Of a stretch of DNA of 13,000 bases, positions 1 to 7,135 are shown in pieces (position 1 is the stretch's first letter; each line of letters starts with the position of its first letter). This stretch comes from a virus (lineage: Duplodnaviria; Heunggongvirae; Uroviricota; Caudoviricetes). The stretch lies in the IMG/VR virus record IMGVR_UViG_2571042690_000014; one strand, 5' to 3'. Made by a program: the position numbers and the translations under genes. The notes under the pieces were generated by a model. The model had not been told where the DNA came from. It searched no databases and saw only the letters and a list, made by a program, of their open reading frames with translations.

Positions 1-220
1 GCTTCGTGCAGTCTGTCTCGGAAAGAAAAACTTTATGTTCTTTGGCAGCGATCACGGCGGCGAGCGTGGAGCACTGTTGTACGGGCTGATCGGCACCTGC
101 CGTCTGAACGGTATCGATCCGGAAGCGTATCTGCGCCATATCCTGAGCGTACTGCCGGAATGGCCTTCCAACCGAGTTGACGAACTCCTGCCATGGAACG
201 TAGTACTCACCAATAAATAA
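1..220 (+). CDS. IS66-family transposase, C-terminal fragment (5' end lies outside the window)
   Basis: The reading frame is open from the window edge to the TAA at 218-220 (LRAVCLGKKNFMFFGSDHGGERGALLYGLIGTCRLNGIDPEAYLRHILSVLPEWPSNRVDELLPWNV). This matches the conserved C-terminal pattern of IS66-family DDE transposases as I recall it (KN.LF.GS..GG...A..Y.LI.T..LN..DP..YL...L......R..ELLPW). Confidence 0.75.
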   Translation, partial: LRAVCLGKKNFMFFGSDHGGERGALLYGLIGTCRLNGIDPEAYLRHILSVLPEWPSNRVDELLPWNVVLTNK

Positions 221-250
221 GCGTCAATACGGTGCTCCGTTGACGCTTAC
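1..250 (+). mobile_element. IS66-family insertion sequence, right end with terminal inverted repeat
   Basis: The transposase stop is followed by about 30 bp containing the palindrome GTAAGCGTCAA...TTGACGCTTAC (220-250). IS66-family termini begin 5'-GTAAGCG (from memory). At 251 the sequence switches abruptly to codon 3 of phage gene L. Confidence 0.6.
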
Positions 251-943
251 GATATACAGCAGGAAACACTCAATGAGTGCACTAAAACGGAGCAATCCGC
301 GCTGATCGTGCTCTGGGAAATTGATCTGACAGAGGTCGGCGGAGATCGTTATTTCTTCTGTAATGAGCAGAACGAAAAAGGTGAACCGGTCACCTGGCAG
401 GGGCGGCAGTATCAGGCATACCCCATTCAGGGGACGGGATTTGAACTGAACGGTAAGGGCAGTGCTGCCCGTCCGACACTGACGGTCTCTAACCTGCACG
501 GCATGGTCACCGGGATGGCGGAAGACCTGCAGAGTCTGGTCGGCGGAACGGTGGTCAGGCGTAAGGTTTACGCCCGTTTTCTGGATGCGGTGAACTTCGT
601 CAACGGAAACAGTGACGCCGACCCGGAGCAGGAGGTGATCAGCCGCTGGCGCATCGAGCAGTGCAGCGAACTGAGTGCGGTCAGTGCTTCTTTTGTACTG
701 TCCACGCCGACGGAAACGGATGGTGCGGTTTTTCCGGGGCGCATCATGCTGGCCAACACCTGTACCTGGACCTATCGCGGTGATGAGTGCGGTTATAGCG
801 GTCCGGCTGTCGCGGATGAATATGACCAGCCGACGTCCGATATCACGAAAGATAAATGCAGCAAATGCCTGAGTGGCTGTAAGTTTCGCAATAACGTCGG
901 CAACTTTGGCGGCTACCTTTCCATCAACAAACTTTCGCAGTAA
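251..943 (+). CDS. L: Tail tip protein L (lambda gpL-like), 5' end removed by the IS66-family insertion; probably a pseudogene
   Basis: Translation from 251 (DIQQETLNECTKTEQSALIVLWEIDLTEVGGDRYFFCNEQNEKGEPVTWQGRQYQ...FGGYLSINKLSQ) is near-identical to lambda gpL from residue 3 onward. There is no native start codon: the first in-frame start is GTG at 308 with no convincing ribosome-binding site, and an in-frame TAA at 218-220 separates it from the transposase. Confidence 0.85.
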   Translation, partial: DIQQETLNECTKTEQSALIVLWEIDLTEVGGDRYFFCNEQNEKGEPVTWQGRQYQAYPIQGTGFELNGKGSAARPTLTVSNLHGMVTGMAEDLQSLVGGTVVRRKVYARFLDAVNFVNGNSDADPEQEVISRWRIEQCSELSAVSASFVLSTPTETDGAVFPGRIMLANTCTWTYRGDECGYSGPAVADEYDQPTSDITKDKCSKCLSGCKFRNNVGNFGGYLSINKLSQ

Positions 944-948
944 ATCCC

Positions 949-1692
949 ATGACAGAGACAGAATCAGCGATTCTGGCGCACGCCCGGCGATGTGCGCCAG
1001 CGGAGTCGTGCGGCTTCGTGGTGAGAACGCCGGAGGGGGAAAGATATTTCCCCTGCGTGAATATCTCCGGTGAGCCGGAAGATTATTTCCGGATGTCGCC
1101 GGAGGACTGGCTGCAGGCCAAAATGCAGGGTGAGATTGTGGCGCTGGTCCACAGTCACCCCGGTGGTCTGCCCTGGCTGAGTGAGGCTGACAGGCGGCTG
1201 CAGGTGCAGAGTGATTTGCCGTGGTGGCTGGTCTGCCGGGGGGCGATTCATAAGTTCCGCTGTGTGCCGCATCTTACCGGGCGGCGCTTTGAGCACGGGG
1301 TGACGGACTGTTACACGCTGTTCCGGGATGCTTATCATCTGGCGGGGATTGAGATGCCGGATTTTCATCGTGAGGATGACTGGTGGCGTCACGGTCAGAA
1401 TCTCTATCTGGATAATCTGGAGGCCACAGGGCTGTATCAGGTGCCGTTGTCATCAGCACAACCGGGCGATGTGCTGCTGTGCTGCTTTGGTTCATCGGTG
1501 CCGAATCATGCCGCCATTTACTGCGGCGACGGCGAGCTGCTGCACCATATTCCTGAACAACTGAGCAAACGAGAGAGGTATACCGACAAATGGCAGCGAC
1601 GCACACACTCCCTCTGGCGTCACCGGGCATGGCACGCATCTGCCTTTACGGGGATTTGCAACGATTTGGCCACCGCATCGACCTTCGTGTGA
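949..1692 (+). CDS. K: Tail tip assembly protein K (lambda gpK-like) with JAB/MPN (JAMM) and NlpC/P60 domains
   Basis: The 247-aa ORF has a JAMM motif HSHPGGLPWLSEAD (H-x-H-x7-S-x2-D) with an upstream Glu (APAESCG), and an NlpC/P60-like Cys/His pair (VTDCYTLF ... PNHAAIY). The classical lambda annotation starts at the internal Met (ATG at 1093, 199 aa); the longer form is needed to include the complete JAMM domain. Confidence 0.85.
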   Translation: MTETESAILAHARRCAPAESCGFVVRTPEGERYFPCVNISGEPEDYFRMSPEDWLQAKMQGEIVALVHSHPGGLPWLSEADRRLQVQSDLPWWLVCRGAIHKFRCVPHLTGRRFEHGVTDCYTLFRDAYHLAGIEMPDFHREDDWWRHGQNLYLDNLEATGLYQVPLSSAQPGDVLLCCFGSSVPNHAAIYCGDGELLHHIPEQLSKRERYTDKWQRRTHSLWRHRAWHASAFTGICNDLATASTFV

Positions 1693-2237
1693 AAACGGGA
1701 GCCGAAGCTATCCGGGCGCTGGCCACGCAGCTCCCGGCGTTTCGTCAGAAACTGAATGAGGGCTGGTATCAGGTGCGCATTGCCGGGCGTGATGCAGGCG
1801 AAAACGAATTATCTGCCCGTCTTAATGAGCCGCTGGCAAATGGTGCCGTGATCCACATCGTGCCGCGTCTGGCGGGAGCTAAAAGTGGCGGTGTGTTTCA
1901 GGTGGTGCTGGGGGCGGCGCTGATTGCGGTGGCATGGTGGAACCCTGTGGGCTGGCTGGGTGCCGCGGCTGTATCGGGCATGTATGCGGCAGGGGCCAGT
2001 ATGATCCTGGGTGGTGTGGCCCAGATGCTGGCACCGAAAGCCCGGACGCCCACAGCGACCAGCACGGATAACGGTAAGCAGAACACCTATTTCTCATCAC
2101 TGGATAACATGGTTGCCCAGGGCAATGTTCTGCCTGTTCTGTACGGTGAAATGCGCGTGGGGTCTCGTGTGGTTTCTCAGGAGATCAGCACGGCAGATGA
2201 AGGGGACGGTGGTCAGGTTGTGGTGATTGGCCGCTGA
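1590..2237 (+). CDS. I: Tail tip assembly protein I (lambda gpI-like)
   Basis: The translation MAATHTLPLASPGMARICLYGDLQRFGHRIDLRVKTGAEAIRALATQLPAFRQKL...YGEMRVGSRVVSQEISTADEGDGGQVVVIGR matches lambda gpI at both ends. It overlaps the 3' end of K by 103 nt in another frame, as in lambda. Confidence 0.9.
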   Translation: MAATHTLPLASPGMARICLYGDLQRFGHRIDLRVKTGAEAIRALATQLPAFRQKLNEGWYQVRIAGRDAGENELSARLNEPLANGAVIHIVPRLAGAKSGGVFQVVLGAALIAVAWWNPVGWLGAAAVSGMYAAGASMILGGVAQMLAPKARTPTATSTDNGKQNTYFSSLDNMVAQGNVLPVLYGEMRVGSRVVSQEISTADEGDGGQVVVIGR

Positions 2238-2255
2238 TGCAAAATATTTCATGTG

Positions 2256-2283
2256 AAACCGCCTCCGGGCGGTTTTGTCGTTT
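2256..2283 (+). terminator. GC-rich hairpin with trailing T-tract between I and J (possible attenuator or partial terminator)
   Basis: AAACCGCC-TCCG-GGCGGTTTTGTCGTTT forms a perfect 6-8 bp GC stem followed by a T-rich run, directly upstream of the J ribosome-binding site (GGAG) and start at 2298. Confidence 0.35.
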
Positions 2284-2297
2284 ATGGAGCATGACGA

Positions 2298-5200
2298 ATG
2301 GGCAAAGGAAGCAGTAAGGGGCATACCCCGCGCGAAGCGAAGGACAACCTGAAATCCACGCAATTACTGAGTGTGATCGATGCCATCAGCGAAGGGCCGA
2401 TTGAAGGTCCGGTGGATGGATTAAAAAGCGTGCTGCTGAACAGTACACCGGTGCTGGACAGTGAGGGGAATACCAACATCTCCGGTGTTACGGTGGTGTT
2501 CCGGGCAGGTGAGCAGGAGCAGACACCGCCGGAGGGATTTGAATCCTCCGGTTCCGAGACGGTGCTGGGTACGGAAGTGAAATACGACACGCCGATCACC
2601 CGCACCATCACGTCGGCAAACATCGACCGTCTGCGCTTTACCTTCGGTGTGCAGGCACTGGTGGAAACCACCTCAAAGGGGGACAGGAATCCATCGGAAG
2701 TCCGCCTGCTGGTTCAGATACAACGTAACGGTGGCTGGGTGACGGAAAAAGACATCACCATTAAGGGTAAAACCACCTCACAGTATCTGGCCTCAGTGGT
2801 GGTGGATAACCTGCCGCCGCGCCCGTTTAATATCCGGATGCGCAGGATGACGCCGGACAGCACCACAGACCAGCTGCAGAACAAAACGCTCTGGTCGTCA
2901 TACACCGAAATCATCGATGTGAAACAGTGCTACCCGAACACGGCACTGGTCGGCGTACAGGTGGACTCGGAGCAGTTCGGCAGCCAGCAGGTGAGTCGTA
3001 ATTATCATCTTCGCGGGCGCATTCTGCAGGTGCCGTCGAACTATAACCCGCAGACGCGGCAATACAGCGGTATCTGGGACGGAACGTTTAAGCCGGCATA
3101 CAGCAACAACATGGCCTGGTGTCTGTGGGATATGCTGACCCATCCGCGCTACGGCATGGGAAAACGTCTTGGTGCGGCAGATGTGGATAAATGGGCGCTG
3201 TATGTCATCGGCCAGTACTGCGACCAGTCGGTGCCGGACGGCTTTGGCGGCACGGAGCCGCGCATCACCTGTAATGCGTACCTGACCACACAGCGTAAGG
3301 CGTGGGATGTGCTCAGTGATTTCTGCTCGGCGATGCGCTGTATGCCGGTATGGAACGGGCAGACGCTGACGTTCGTGCAGGACCGGCCGTCGGATAATGT
3401 GTGGACCTATAACCGCAGTAATGTGGTGATGCCGGATGATGGCGCGCCGTTCCGCTACAGTTTCAGCGCCCTGAAGGACCGCCATAATGCCGTTGAGGTG
3501 AACTGGACTGACCCGGATAACGGCTGGGAAACGGCAACAGAGCTTGTGGAGGACACGCAGGCCATTGCCCGTTATGGTCGTAATGTCACGAAGATGGATG
3601 CCTTTGGCTGTACCAGCCGGGGGCAGGCACACCGCGCCGGGCTGTGGCTGATTAAAACGGAGCTGCTGGAAACGCAGACCGTGGACTTCAGCGTGGGCGC
3701 AGAAGGGCTTCGCCATGTACCGGGCGATGTTATTGAAATCTGCGATGATGACTATGCCGGTATCAGCACCGGTGGTCGTGTGCTGGCGGTGAGCAGCCAG
3801 ACCCGGACGCTGACGCTCGACCGTGAAATCACGCTGCCATCCTCCGGCACCACGCTGATAAGCCTGGTTGACGGAAGTGGCAATCCGGTCAGCGTGCAGG
3901 TCCAGTCCGTCACCGACGGCGTGAAGGTGAAAGTGAGCCGGGTTCCTGACGGCGTTGCAGAATACAGCGTGTGGGGGCTGAAGTTGCCGACGTTGCGCCA
4001 GCGCCTGTTCCGCTGTGTGAGTATCCGTGAGAACGACGACGGCACGTATGCCATCACCGCCGTGCAGCATGTACCGGAAAAAGAAGCCATCGTGGATAAC
4101 GGGGCGCACTTTGACGGCGACCAGAGCGGCACGGTGAATGGTGTCACGCCGCCAGCGGTGCAGCACCTGGCCGCAGAAGTCACTGCAGACAGCGGGGAAT
4201 ATCAGGTGCTGGCGCGATGGGACACACCGAAGGTGGTGAAGGGCGTGAGCTTCCTGCTCCGTCTGACCGTAACAGCGGACGACGGCAGTGAGCGGCTGGT
4301 CAGCACGGCCCGGACGACGGAAACCACATACCGCTTCAGGCAACTGGCGCTGGGGCGTTACACGCTGACGGTCCGGGCGGTAAATGCGTGGGGGCAGCAG
4401 GGCGATCCGGCATCGGTATCGTTCCGGATTGCGGCACCGGCAGCGCCTGTCACTATTGAACTGATACCAGGGTATTTTCAGATAACAGCGGTCCCGAAAC
4501 TGGCTGTATATGACCCGACGGTGCAGTTTGAGTTCTGGTTCTCGGAAAAGCGGATTATCGATATCAGGCAGGTTGAAACCAGCGCGCGTTATCTTGGTAC
4601 GGCGCTGTACTGGATAGCCGCCAGTAGCAATATTAAGCCGGGTTATGATTATTACTTTTATATCCGCAGCGTGAACACCGTTGGTAAATCGGCATTTGTG
4701 GAGGCCGTTGGTCGGGCGAGCGATGATGCGGAAGGTTATCTGAATTTTTATAAAGGGTTGATCAATAAAACGCATCTCGGCAAGGAACTGCTGGAAAACT
4801 TTGAGCTGACGGAAGATAACGCCAGCAAACTGGAGGAGTTTTCGAAAGAGTGGAAGGACGCCAACGATAAATGGAATGCCATGTGGGGCGTCAAAATTGA
4901 GCAGACCAAAGACGGCAAACATTATGTCGCGGGGCTTGGCCTCAGCATGGAGGATACGGAGGAAGGCAAACTGAGCCAGTTCCTGGTTGCCGCTAACCGT
5001 ATCGCGTTTATTGACCCGGCAAACGGGAATGAAACGCCGATGTTTGTGGCGCAGGGCAACCAGATATTCATGAACGACGTGTTCCTGAAGCGCCTGACGG
5101 CCCCCACCATTACCAGCGGCGGTAATCCTCCGGCATTTTCCCTGACACCGGACGGGCGGCTGACGGCGAAAAATGCCGATATCAGCGGTAACGTGAATGC

Positions 5201-5693
5201 GAACTCCGGGACGCTCAACAACGTCACGATTAACGAGAACTGCCGGGTTCTGGGAAAACTGTCCGCGAACCAGATTGAAGGCGATCTCGTTAAAACAGTG
5301 GGCAAAGCTTTCCCCCGTGACTCCCGGGCACCGGAGCGGTGGCCATCAGGGACCATTACCGTCAGGGTTTATGACGATCAGCCGTTTGACCGGCAAATTG
5401 TTATTCCGGCTGTGGCATTCAGTGGCGCTAAGCATGAGAGAGAGCATACTGATATTTACTCCTCATGCCGTCTGATAGTGCGGAAAAACGGTGCTGAAAT
5501 TTATAACCGTACCGCGCTGGATAATACGCTGATTTACAGTGGCGTTATTGATATGCCTGCCGGTCACGGTCACATGACGCTGGAGTTTTCGGTGTCAGCA
5601 TGGCTGGTAAATGGCTGGTATCCCACAGCAAGTATCAGCGATTTGCTGGTTGTTGTGATGAAGAAAGCCACTGCAGGCATCACGATTAGCTGA
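2298..5693 (+). CDS. J: Central tail fibre / host specificity protein J (lambda gpJ-like)
   Basis: The 1131-aa ORF is near-identical to lambda J over the N-terminal ~980 residues ([43 protein letters not shown]...). A GGAG ribosome-binding site precedes the ATG. The C-terminal ~150 aa diverge from lambda J as I remember it. Confidence 0.95.
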   Translation: MGKGSSKGHTPREAKDNLKSTQLLSVIDAISEGPIEGPVDGLKSVLLNSTPVLDSEGNTNISGVTVVFRAGEQEQTPPEGFESSGSETVLGTEVKYDTPITRTITSANIDRLRFTFGVQALVETTSKGDRNPSEVRLLVQIQRNGGWVTEKDITIKGKTTSQYLASVVVDNLPPRPFNIRMRRMTPDSTTDQLQNKTLWSSYTEIIDVKQCYPNTALVGVQVDSEQFGSQQVSRNYHLRGRILQVPSNYNPQTRQYSGIWDGTFKPAYSNNMAWCLWDMLTHPRYGMGKRLGAADVDKWALYVIGQYCDQSVPDGFGGTEPRITCNAYLTTQRKAWDVLSDFCSAMRCMPVWNGQTLTFVQDRPSDNVWTYNRSNVVMPDDGAPFRYSFSALKDRHNAVEVNWTDPDNGWETATELVEDTQAIARYGRNVTKMDAFGCTSRGQAHRAGLWLIKTELLETQTVDFSVGAEGLRHVPGDVIEICDDDYAGISTGGRVLAVSSQTRTLTLDREITLPSSGTTLISLVDGSGNPVSVQVQSVTDGVKVKVSRVPDGVAEYSVWGLKLPTLRQRLFRCVSIRENDDGTYAITAVQHVPEKEAIVDNGAHFDGDQSGTVNGVTPPAVQHLAAEVTADSGEYQVLARWDTPKVVKGVSFLLRLTVTADDGSERLVSTARTTETTYRFRQLALGRYTLTVRAVNAWGQQGDPASVSFRIAAPAAPVTIELIPGYFQITAVPKLAVYDPTVQFEFWFSEKRIIDIRQVETSARYLGTALYWIAASSNIKPGYDYYFYIRSVNTVGKSAFVEAVGRASDDAEGYLNFYKGLINKTHLGKELLENFELTEDNASKLEEFSKEWKDANDKWNAMWGVKIEQTKDGKHYVAGLGLSMEDTEEGKLSQFLVAANRIAFIDPANGNETPMFVAQGNQIFMNDVFLKRLTAPTITSGGNPPAFSLTPDGRLTAKNADISGNVNANSGTLNNVTINENCRVLGKLSANQIEGDLVKTVGKAFPRDSRAPERWPSGTITVRVYDDQPFDRQIVIPAVAFSGAKHEREHTDIYSSCRLIVRKNGAEIYNRTALDNTLIYSGVIDMPAGHGHMTLEFSVSAWLVNGWYPTASISDLLVVVMKKATAGITIS

Positions 5694-5711
5694 ATTTTAT
5701 AACCCAGATAC

Positions 5712-5738
5712 GGGCACCAGAAATGGTGCCTTTTTTAT
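5712..5738 (+). terminator. Rho-independent terminator downstream of J
   Basis: GGCACCA-GAAA-TGGTGCC is a perfect 7-bp stem followed by TTTTTTATT, 20 nt after the J stop codon. Confidence 0.6.
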
Positions 5739-5760
5739 TGCAGAAAAGCGAGAGGTAATT

Positions 5761-6360
5761 ATGCGTAAATTATGTGCTGTTATTCTATCCGCAGTAGTCT
5801 GGCTGGTTGCCGCTGGTACGCCAGCGAGCGCAGCAGAGCATCAGTCCACACTAAGCGCCGGGTATCTTCAGACCCATACTGATATGCCAGGCAGTGATGA
5901 CCTGAAGGGCATTAACGTGAAATACCGTTATGAATTTACGGACACGCTGGGGCTGGTGACGTCATTCAGTTATGCCAATGCCAAAGATGAGCAAAAAACG
6001 CATTACAGCGATACCCGCTGGCATGAAGATTCAGTGCGTAACCGCTGGTTCAGCATGATGGCGGGGCCATCTGTACGCGTGAATGAATGGTTCAGTGCTT
6101 ATGCGATGGCAGGTGTGGCTTACAGCCGTGTTTCGACGTTCTCCGGGGATTATCTCCGCGTAACTGACAACAAGGGGAAAACGCACGATGTGCTGACCGG
6201 AAGTGATGACGATCGCCACAGCAACACGTCTCTGGCGTGGGGAGCTGGCGTGCAGTTTAACCCGACCGAATCCGTGGCCATTGATATTGCTTATGAAGGC
6301 TCCGGCAGTGGCGACTGGCGCACTGACGGTTTCATCGTGGGTGTCGGTTATAAGTTCTGA
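5761..6360 (+). CDS. lom: Outer membrane protein Lom (Ail/Lom/OmpX family beta-barrel), phage moron
   Basis: The 199-aa ORF has a signal peptide (MRKLCAVILSAVVWLVAAGTPASA), the Lom motif KGINVKYRYE and a C-terminus DIAYEGSGSGDWRTDGFIVGVGYKF ending in an aromatic residue, matching lambda Lom. The ribosome-binding site is GAGAGG, and the position after J is as in lambda. Confidence 0.9.
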   Translation: MRKLCAVILSAVVWLVAAGTPASAAEHQSTLSAGYLQTHTDMPGSDDLKGINVKYRYEFTDTLGLVTSFSYANAKDEQKTHYSDTRWHEDSVRNRWFSMMAGPSVRVNEWFSAYAMAGVAYSRVSTFSGDYLRVTDNKGKTHDVLTGSDDDRHSNTSLAWGAGVQFNPTESVAIDIAYEGSGSGDWRTDGFIVGVGYKF

Positions 6361-6386
6361 TTAGCCAGGTAACACAGTGTTATGAC

Positions 6387-6413
6387 AGCCCGCCGGTTCA
6401 GGCGGGCTTTTTT
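6387..6413 (+). terminator. Rho-independent terminator downstream of lom
   Basis: AGCCCGCC-GGTTCA-GGCGGGCT followed by TTTTTT. The equivalent hairpin is present after lom in lambda (recalled from memory). Confidence 0.6.
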
Positions 6414-6481
6414 GTGCACAGAAAACCCCCAGCTAGGCTGGGGGTTCCGGAAAGCTTTCAGCTTTAAGCCAGTTATTAAAA

Positions 6482-6550
6482 CCCCTTTTGATTTGTTAAA
6501 ACACCTTGCGGTCTGGCAACTGCAAGTGTCAAACAAGAAATCAAAAGGGG
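6482..6550 (+). promoter_or_regulatory. Stem-loop sequestering the tnpA ribosome-binding site (IS200-type translational control structure)
   Basis: The left arm CCCCTTTTGATTTGTT (6482-6497) is nearly complementary to AACAAGAAATCAAAAGGGG (6532-6550), which overlaps the ribosome-binding site for the ATG at 6557. Confidence 0.45.
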
Positions 6551-6556
6551 GTCCCA

Positions 6557-7015
6557 ATGGGGAACGAAAAGAGCTTAGCGCACACCCGATGGAACTGTAA
6601 ATATCACATAGTTTTTGCGCCAAAATACCGAAGACAGGTGTTCTACAGAGAGAAGCGTAGAGCAATAGGCAGTATTTTGAGAAAGCTGTGTGAGTGGAAA
6701 AGTGTACGGATTCTGGAAGCTGAATGCTGTGCAGATCATATCCATATGCTTGTGGAGATCCCGCCCAAAATGAGCGTATCCGGCTTTATGGGATATCTGA
6801 AAGGGAAAAGCAGTCTGATGCTTTACGAGCAGTTTGGTGATTTGAAATTCAAATACAGGAACAGGGAGTTCTGGTGCAGAGGGTACTACGTCGATACGGT
6901 GGGTAAGAACACGGCGAAGATACAGGATTACATAAAGCACCAGCTTGAAGAGGATAAAATGGGAGAGCAGTTATCGATTCCCTATCCGGGCAGCCCGTTT
7001 ACGGGCCGTAAGTAA
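6557..7015 (+). CDS. tnpA: IS200/IS605-family Y1 (HUH) transposase TnpA
   Basis: The 152-aa product from the Met at 6557 (MGNEKSLAHTRWNCKYHIVFAPKYRRQVF...) has the HUH motif HIHMLVEI and a downstream catalytic Tyr region (REFWCRGYYVDTVG). The ORF track's longer form (6506) begins upstream of the ribosome-binding site and is less likely. Confidence 0.85.
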   Translation: MGNEKSLAHTRWNCKYHIVFAPKYRRQVFYREKRRAIGSILRKLCEWKSVRILEAECCADHIHMLVEIPPKMSVSGFMGYLKGKSSLMLYEQFGDLKFKYRNREFWCRGYYVDTVGKNTAKIQDYIKHQLEEDKMGEQLSIPYPGSPFTGRK

Positions 7016-7135
7016 CGAAGTTGGATGCAAATGTCAGATCGTGTGCGCCTGTTAGGGCGCGGCTGGTAAGAGAGCCTTATAGGCGCATTTGAAAAACCTC
7101 CGGCTATGCCGGAGGATATTTATTGTGGAGTGGAT

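Larger units (their letters stand above)
6415..7124 (+). mobile_element. IS200-type insertion sequence (IS200/IS605 family, tnpA only), about 710 bp, inserted in the lom-stf intergenic region
   Basis: It contains a Y1/HUH transposase gene, a left-end perfect palindrome (AAAACCCCCAGCTAGGCTGGGGGTT, 6421-6445), a long imperfect stem-loop covering the tnpA ribosome-binding site (6482-6550) and a right-end hairpin (CCTCCGGCTATGCCGGAGG, 7096-7114). Boundaries (+/-2 bp) were inferred because the flanks TTTTTTGTG and (G)GAGTGGATATGGCAG rejoin into the contiguous lambda lom-stf intergenic sequence as I recall it. Confidence 0.75.

Noticed and set aside
224-499. 91-aa ORF on the minus strand spanning the IS end and the start of L
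   Set aside because: It is antisense to the clearly homologous L coding sequence and crosses the IS boundary; no supporting signals.
2898-4922. 674-aa ORF on the minus strand, antisense to J
   Set aside because: It lies entirely inside the well-supported J gene. The product is Arg/His/Pro-rich and of low complexity, typical of a shadow ORF created by codon bias on the opposite strand, and it has no ribosome-binding site.
6506-6556. Upstream start (6506) for the IS200 tnpA
   Set aside because: The extra 17 codons lie inside the ribosome-binding-site-sequestering stem-loop and precede the ribosome-binding site. The start at 6557 (MGNEKSLAHTRWN...) gives the expected ~152-aa protein.
7106-7135. 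Upstream start (7106) for stf proposed by the ORF track
   Set aside because: That ATG sits inside the IS200 right-end hairpin (CCTCCGGCTATGCCGGAGG) with no ribosome-binding site. The lambda-homologous N-terminus and the GGAG ribosome-binding site support the ATG at 7136.
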